Shown piece by piece: positions 54,342 to 64,000 of a stretch of 64,000 nt of DNA (position 1 is its first letter; each line of letters opens with the position of its first letter). Source of the stretch: Octopus vulgaris (Eukaryota); the NCBI GenBank assembly GCA_951406725.2, contig OX597815.1, forward strand, positions 70,990,001 through 71,054,000. Reading direction: 5' to 3'. The notes below the pieces were generated by a model. The model ran no database searches, was not told where the DNA came from, and saw nothing but the letters and a program-made list of their open reading frames with translations. The position numbers and the translations under genes were made by a program.

Positions 54342-54914
54342 ACGTTTTATAAATGTGTCTCTACTTTTGTAGGGTCTTCCCTGTTGCTGTCACATATTCT
54401 GAAATTTTGAAATTACATCAACATATTCAAATTTGGTATATTGAAATAATTTCCCACGTTAAGTCCGATTTTGTTATTTATTTGTTCCAGAAATTTGCAG
54501 AAAAATGTTACTGTGGTTTAATGTTTAATCAATTTTACCTAATCAGAAAACAAGATTTGGAAGCTGGCATTTTCTGCATGATAGTCGTCTATCACAAAAT
54601 GAAAGCAAAATCATTAGGAGGAAGAGTTTTTATTAAACAAACGAAAGTAAAGCCTTATGACGACCAAAGTTGTAAGAACTTCTGAAGTTTTAATAAGTTT
54701 TAACGAATAAAGTCACGTGAAACGATCGAACAGACGTAAATAATTTAAAAAGGAAAAAGTCCTCAACAAAGTTTTATTGCGAAAAATTGTACAAATCTGT
54801 CTTGATCAGGAGGCCTGTCTGTCGGGGAAGGCATGGTCTGACAGGGAATAAACAAAAATCTATATACGACATTCTGTGTAAAAATTTCCCGGCAACGACG
54901 GGCTATTCATCTCG
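53389..54914 (+). mobile_element. Old non-autonomous Helitron
   Basis: A|TCTATTACATAAAA head; CCCGGCAACGACGGG hairpin then CTCG|T. Pairing of these two ends is inferred. Confidence 0.55.
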
Positions 54915-55416
54915 TATTATATGTATGTATGTTAGTATCTTTGAATCTGTGTCTGAGTCGATTTATGTGTTTGCATATAAGAGACTGCATCTATGAGCGT
55001 GTATGTGTACTTCTTAACGAAGAAAATATTCTGCACATGTAAAGTGCACCTGAGACTATGCACGCATGCGTAAAAGCACACACACACTCTCTATCTCGTA
55101 ATCACATGTACATACACATTCACTCACTCAAACACACATGCATGCAGATATGCACACTCACACACTGACACATGCACACACACTTTCACACGCATACGCT
55201 CGCCAGAAACCAACTGCAGTAAGTGACAGCCATCTTGCGAGAGGTCACAAAACTGACTGAAGATATATATTCTACCCCGACGCATACCCGAACGTACACG
55301 TACCACAGTAACACTCAAAGACACAGACACACACACACACACGCATAGACACAGACATATATATATATCACACACACATGCGCGCGTGCACTCACACACG
55401 CTCACACGCGCGCGCA

Positions 55417-55457
<41 letters not shown>

Positions 55458-56766
55458 TACAGACAGTAATGATGTTGATGCTGCTGCAACTCTCAACTTT
55501 TGTCTCATTGTTTCCCGTGGGAATCCCAGCTTATGTGTGTATGTATGTGTGTGTGTGCGTGTGTGTGTGTGAGTGAGTGTGTGCGTGTGTGTGTGAGTGA
55601 GTGTATGTGTGTGTGTGAGTGTGTGCGTGTGTGTGTGTGAGTGAGTGTGTGCGTGTGTGTGAGTGAGTGTGCGTGCGTGCGTGTGTCAGTGCAGGTCATG
55701 TCGTCGTCGTCGTTCGTGATTTCTGTTGTCAGAAGTAGGTCAGTGGAGAAGAAAGTTAAACAAATAAGAACGTCTCCCCCAGAATAAAGAAACACGCCAT
55801 ACATCTATCTGTCTGTCTGTTTATGTGTCTGTCTGTCTATCTATCCATCTATCTATCATTCTGTCTATCTGTCTGTCTCTCTCTCCCTCCCCTCTCCCTT
55901 TATCTCTCTCTCTCTCTCTATCGCTCTCTATCGCTCTCCCTCGCTCTCCTTCCCTCTCTACCTATCCATTTATTCCTTTACTTGTTTTAGTCATTTGACT
56001 GTGGCCATGCTGGAACACCGTAACGACATCTATATGTTTGTCTATCCGTCTGCCTGCGTGTCAGTTTGGCTGTCTGTCCGTCTGCCTGCATGTCTCTGCA
56101 TTTATGTGCGTATGTATGTACGCATGTATAGACATATATGTGCGTGTGTTAGTGTGGATGCGTACGTATGTGTGTATATGAATGAAGAGTGTGTGTGAGA
56201 TTGTGTCTATGTGTGTGTGCGAGTGCAAGGGTGCATCTGTATCTTCATGTCTTCATTGAAATACCTGCGAATTTAGACATGTTTCAGGAAGATTATCAGA
56301 AATACGTATACAGATGATAATACGAACCCTCATGCAGGTTATGTATGCATGTATGCATGTATGAATGCATGTGTGTATGTGTGTGTTTATCTGTATGTAT
56401 GTATATATATATCAATATGCGAAATAGTACTCCATCCAGCGAAAGAGAGTACAGCTGGCAGACGAGCTTGTACTTTGAGTCTTGAAAATTGCAGGATAGT
56501 ATACGGTTTGCTATACAATTAATGTATTAATGTACTGTCAGACCATGAAACGTATAGTAGCTCACATTTAAATCGTGTGTTTATTAAATTGCACATGCGT
56601 GCGCACACACACACACACATACATTGTTGCGTGCGCCTATAAGAAGGGTAAAATGATGCTATCTACAGCCACTAGGGCACCGAAGATGGAAAAAACATGG
56701 ATTATATGGAAATATTTCGTATACTTTCTCACTCTTACGAAAAAGAACTCTCATAATAATAATAAC

Positions 56767-58826
<2,060 letters not shown>

Positions 58827-59067
58827 TAATAATAATAATAATAATAAACCCTGGAATGGTTTTCTCCCCTTACAAGGAATATTTCTTGCTCTGGAAGTAA
58901 CCGTAAGTGGCAGCAGCAACAGTCCCCAGACAAAATACCCACATATATATAATACACACACATACACTCACATATACATATTTTTATTCATTTGTTTATT
59001 TATTTAAAGGTCACAATACACGCATTAAAGCGCTACTAATTTTCTATCACGGATCAGTATTTATATA

Positions 59068-59142
<75 letters not shown>

Positions 59143-59221
59143 ATGTATGCATGTAGTTGTGCATGTATGTATTTGTTTTTGCATGTATGTTTTGCATTTA
59201 TGTATGTATTATGCATATTAC

Positions 59222-59420
59222 GGGTCTTTCATCATAAGTTCGACAACATCATCTATGTAACCATGTATAGAGGGACTATAAAGGCAGAATTCAGTTATTA
59301 TATCCGCTCGGGACGCGTGAATATTTGATTTGGTTTCATAAATCGCGAATATGATCTCAAACGTTTCACAGTTTGGATCTTTAGTTGCAATCGAAAATTT
59401 TCGTCCATTAAAATTAGTCT
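59222..59420 (-). CDS. Candidate upstream exon (...ETFEIIFAIYETK...YIDDVVELMMKDP)
   Basis: Non-repetitive open frame ending CC|GTAATA (phase 2), in frame with the 51297 exon; acceptor uncertain. Confidence 0.35.
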
Positions 59421-59437
59421 GCCACATTTTTTTTCAT

Positions 59438-59587
59438 TGTGGCTGTGTGGTAAGAAGATTCCTTCCCAACTTCATGCTTGGGACCTTGGGAAAGTGTCTT
59501 CTACTCTAGACTAGGGCCAATCAAAGCTTTGTGTGTGAATTTGGTAGACGGAAACTGAGAGACACCCGTCGTATATGTGTGTGTGTG

Positions 59588-59652
<65 letters not shown>

Positions 59653-59667
59653 ATGTGTGTGTGTATT

Positions 59668-59716
<49 letters not shown>

Positions 59717-59900
59717 AAGTGTTTGTGTCTTTGACAACAGGTGCAGGTGTGTTTACATCCCCGAAACTTAGCGCTTCGGCAAAAGCGACCAATAGAATAA
59801 GTAATTGGATCAATACATTCGACTAAAAATTCTTCAAGGCGGTGCCCCAGCATGACCGCAGTCTAATGACTGAAACAAGTAACAGATAAAAGATAAAGAT
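59438..59900 (+). mobile_element. SINE family B
   Basis: GTGGCTGTGTGGTAAG head, internal microsatellites, GACTGAAACAAGTAA tail. Confidence 0.85.
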
Positions 59901-61198
59901 AACAAAAAATAACTAATGTATTTTTTAGGACATTGAAAAACTTAAATGTAAATTTAATACACCAATAATCTCAAGTTTAAAGGCGACAAACTGATAGAAA
60001 TATTAGGCCGTTAGAAAAATTGATGGTTAAATGACCTGTTAAAGACGTAATTTTTATATGAGTGTGTGTGCAGGGCCGACTCTAGGGAGTGCGGGGCCCA
60101 ATTACCAAATTGTCAGTGGAGCCCTCTACTCCTAAAAGTCAGAAGATTGATGTTTTATGCTTCCTGTAGTACATCAGTCCCAACCAAAAAGCGTTGAGGG
60201 CTTGACGTCACAATGATTATACTAAAACTTTATCATAGCGTCCTCCGCTCGATCATGTGTACGAGGCCCAATTTTTGAAAACAGCAGCAACGAGAGTTGC
60301 ACCAACAACTACAACACAATCAGTTGCCGGAACTGATGTTGATATCGGAAAACACTACAAGTTCGTTTTCGCCAGACGGCGTAGCGAATGCTACAACAGA
60401 ATTTAGTAATAACCCAGAAGAGGGTATAACGTTACGGCACACTTCAGAAGATAAGAAATCTTCTAGGAAGAATGCAAATGTTGGACAGATGATGAAAAAT
60501 GAGACTACTGTTACGGAAACTAGGTCCTTCAGAACATGAAAAATAGAGCAATTTCATCTTCCTCAGAAAACAAGTAAAATTTGTTTCGAGGAAACAATTG
60601 AATTGCTATCCAAAATGAACAGCGATAAGTGTTCCCTGTTTAACACACGCTGGGAGTGTTTAAACTTAGTAAAAGAAGGGGACAAAAATTTTGTCAGTTA
60701 TGCCGGAATCGTAAATAGAATGTGCAAAAAATTTAAACTGGGGGAATTATCTCCTGACATATTTAAATGCTTCATCTTTGTGCAAGGTTTGACGGCAAAC
60801 AAGATGCAGAAATACGTGCACGGATTCTTACAAAACTAGAACAGGAGGATCAGAAATTAACCCTGCAGGCAGTAGCAGAGGGATGTCAAAGAGTTATCAA
60901 CATGCGACAGGACTTAAAGAAAATTGAAGACAAAAAATTTCCCTCGAGTTCAGACTTTTCAAACGGAAATATATAAAGAAAAAAGAATGTTACGACTAAA
61001 TCCATGCTATGGGTGTGGAGGTCTGCATTTTAAGAAAGTCTGTCCATTTAAAATACGAAAATGTTTTTGTTGTCAAAAAATAGGATATAAAAGCTAGCAC
61101 TGCATAACGTAGAAAAACAGGTCGGAAGAGAATGATTCTTCTAAAAAGGTTTGCTCAACGGAAAGTCGTGACGACACCCAAAGAAGAAAGTATGTCTA

Positions 61199-61582
61199 TC
61201 TCTCTATATATAAACGGGAGTTTGTCTGTGTGTGTGTCTGTGTGTCTGTTAGGTTGTACCCTCACCATGACCACGGCTTTCAACCGATTCTGATGAAACT
61301 TGATACACACATAGCCCAATGTCATAATTCAAAACTAACGCAGCGAAAATTTTGAAAAGTTCCCCCAGTTCTGAAAAAAATCGATAAATTCGACATGGGG
61401 TCGAGAATCAGAAACACAAACCACAGACTGTCTAGGGGACGCAACTCCACCTTTTTAACTCTCAAAAAAAATTTACCATAATTTTTTTTCCATTTTTTTG
61501 CTATTTTTTGGCTATAACTCTCTAAAAATGCTTTATAGTTATTTCCCTTACAAACCCGAGCAACGCCGGGTGATACTGCTAG
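61199..61582 (+). mobile_element. Complete non-autonomous Helitron in an A|T target
   Basis: A|TC start, CCCGAGCAACGCCGGG hairpin (61555-61570), CTAG|T end, no TSD. Confidence 0.9.
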
Positions 61583-61963
61583 TATATAAATAAACGACGT
61601 GAATGTGAATAACCAACACATGTAGCAACATTACAATTATTGATACCGACACATAGAAGAAAATCGGGAAACCTACATTAAAGAAAACATCGAAATGTGC
61701 GTGAGGCGTCGCAGGTGAAAGATTACACTTCTTAGGCGAAATGGTAAGCGACATTACATTTCGTGGTGAAACCTGTAAAGCCAAAGTGTTTGTGTTATTT
61801 TTAACAAACTCGTTCGGTACTGACTAGATGGAGTTGTTTGATTTATGGGACCTCCCCATAAATCTGTTCTGTAAAAACATATATGATTATTCCGCCAGTA
61901 AGAATAAGGCGTCAGATGAACTGAAGAAGAAAATTTTATTATGTCGGATAAATTAGGTCTGTG

Positions 61964-62765
61964 GGATCTTTTCCTTTTGAAGGCCAGATTTCAACACAAT
62001 TTCTAGTTAACTAAACACTTTAAAACTTCGTATACTGGTAGAATGTGTCAAAAGAAAACATTATTTTCACTTGGCTTTCTTGATAAATTTGTAATTCGTT
62101 TGTTTAACGTAGTTTAATTTTTCGAATTTTAACCAATCCAATGCTCTCTTTTGAGCTAAAGTCATTTGCTGCGTCTACAACTGAGACAACATCCGTAACT
62201 AACCCTCCCCTCCCCCTAACCCTAATTTTTTTTTCTTAATTGTTGAATTAATTTAATTGTTATGCGTGTAAAAAAAAAACTAAAGCAATGGAAAATAATT
62301 TAAACAATTAACATACAAAATAATTCTATAATTTTTATACACACGCTTTCCGTATACGTAGGGAAAGCGTGTGTATAAAATTATAGAATTATTTTGTATC
62401 TTAATTGCTTAAATTATTTTCCATTGCTTTAGTTTTTTTACACGCGTAACAATTAAATTAATTTAACAATTAAGAAAAAAAAATAGGGTTAGGATTAGGG
62501 TTAGGGTTAGGGGGAGGGTGAGGGTTAGTTACAGGATGTTGTCTCAGTTTTTAGACGCAGCAAATGATTTCAGCTCAAATAGAGGCGATTCATTGGTTAA
62601 AATTCGAAAAATTAAACTACGTTAAACAAACGAATTAAAAATTTATCAAGAAAGCCAAGTGAAAATAATGTTTTCTTTTGACACATTCTACCAGTATACG
62701 AAGTTTTAAAGTGTTTAGTTAACTAGAAATTGTGTTGAAATATGGCCTTCAAAAGGAAAAGATCC
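61964..62765. mobile_element. 802-bp palindromic MITE/foldback with 8-bp TSD (Merlin-like) and TTAGGG hexamers
   Basis: Ends GGATCTTTTCCTTTTGAAGGCC / GGCCTTCAAAAGGAAAAGATCC; TSD GGTCTGTG at 61956-63 and 62766-73; excision restores the gypsy DKLGLCTKTK frame. Confidence 0.92.
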
Positions 62766-63275
62766 GGTCTGTGTACTAAGACTAAGGAATGTTTCCAAAT
62801 TAAGAAAAACGCAGTAACAGTGTTCAAGCCAAAAAGATCGGTAACTTTTGCTGTGGTAAAACATTTTGATGAAGGAGACGCAATTAAAAATTTGCCTCCT
62901 CCGACTAATATAACGACCTTACAAGCTTTTCTAGGTCTAGCGAATCATTATGAAAATTATATACCAAATGTACATGTATTGGGAGCTCCACTAAATAATT
63001 TGCAAAAAAAGATTGTGAAATGGAATTGGCCAAATAATTGTCAAAAGGCGTTTGACAATATTAAAAAAATATTAATATCGGATTTGTTGCTGGCTCCTGT
63101 GGAGATTATTGTATCTTCTGAATACGGCATAGGAGCAGTAATGCTACAAAAATATAAAGACGGTAATATGAAGGCGGTGGTTCATGCCACACGTTCTCTG
63201 ATAGCGGCAGAGAAAAACTATATTCAAATAGAGAAAGAAGCTCTAGCGATAATTTTTGCCGTGAAGAAATTTCAG

Positions 63276-63320
<45 letters not shown>

Positions 63321-63339
63321 CATACCTACACACATACAT

Positions 63340-63376
<37 letters not shown>

Positions 63377-63578
63377 AGTGTATTTATGTACGCACACACA
63401 CATACACATTAATAATGAATTAGAAGAAAGCGTAGTCAATGCCTGAAAGTGGATACACGCGTTGTTTATATAGAAATCCTATTCACACACACACACACAT
63501 ACATATAAACATATATACATACATATACATTTGCACACATAAATATATTTACATGTGTGTATATATATACACATATAT

Positions 63579-63631
<53 letters not shown>

Positions 63632-63642
63632 CATACATATAT

Positions 63643-63699
<57 letters not shown>

Positions 63700-64000
63700 A
63701 AAGCGAAAAGAAAAAGAAAGAGAGAGGGGGAGAGAGAGAGAGCGAGAGAGAGAGAGCGAGAGAGCGAGAGAGAGAGAGAAGGAGAGAGATTGAGAAAGGG
63801 AGCGATAAGTAGATCTCAATAATTGCATCTCGTCAACGATAATATATTGTGTCATCTGCACTCCATGACCCTGTTCGTTTGCATCGTAGACATTCCTGGA
63901 ATCTTTACCTTAGTTTCCCCAGACTATCTCTCCACTGTAACTGAATGGTCGTAGTGTGACGTCATCTGACAACAATCATTCGATCCAAAATGGAATTTAT

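Larger units (their letters stand above)
60270..63275 (+). mobile_element. Ty3/gypsy relic related to the 38-40 kb copy, with two nested insertions
   Basis: gag YAGIVNRMC..FKL..L.PD.FKC..FVQGL, CYGCGGLH knuckle, LGLCTKTK...VFKPKR linker, FLGLANHY, RNase H YGIGAV...EKNYIQIEKEALAIIFAVKKF; RT core missing. Confidence 0.9.

Noticed and set aside
63909-63966. AG/GT-bounded minus-strand segment
   Set aside because: All three frames contain stops; probably repeat-derived.

Overview
AT-rich, microsatellite-saturated animal genomic DNA. The SINE families and (TA)n/(GATA)n/(AAT)n load look like octopus (coleoid cephalopod); this is recognition from memory, not a database match. Nearly all ORFs in the supplied track are microsatellite artefacts. 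The window is mostly layered transposon remains: at least four tRNA-derived SINE families, several non-autonomous Helitrons plus one RepHel-bearing relic, two related Ty3/gypsy relics lacking the RT core, two R4/Dong-like RT-REL LINEs sitting in TAA-type repeats, CR1 and L1/Tx1 fragments, a Chapaev3-like transposase relic, and a palindromic MITE with an 8-bp TSD and telomere-like hexamers. The strongest hidden signal is about ten hammerhead-ribozyme motifs (mostly minimal type I with a palindromic or absent loop III) in Penelope-like element ends, including one with a 92-nt loop II and one inside a 487-bp inverted duplication. A possible three-exon orphan gene fragment lies on the minus strand (59.2, 51.2 and 50.1 kb) but needs a non-canonical GG donor. 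Many repeat boundaries are approximate and were read by eye.
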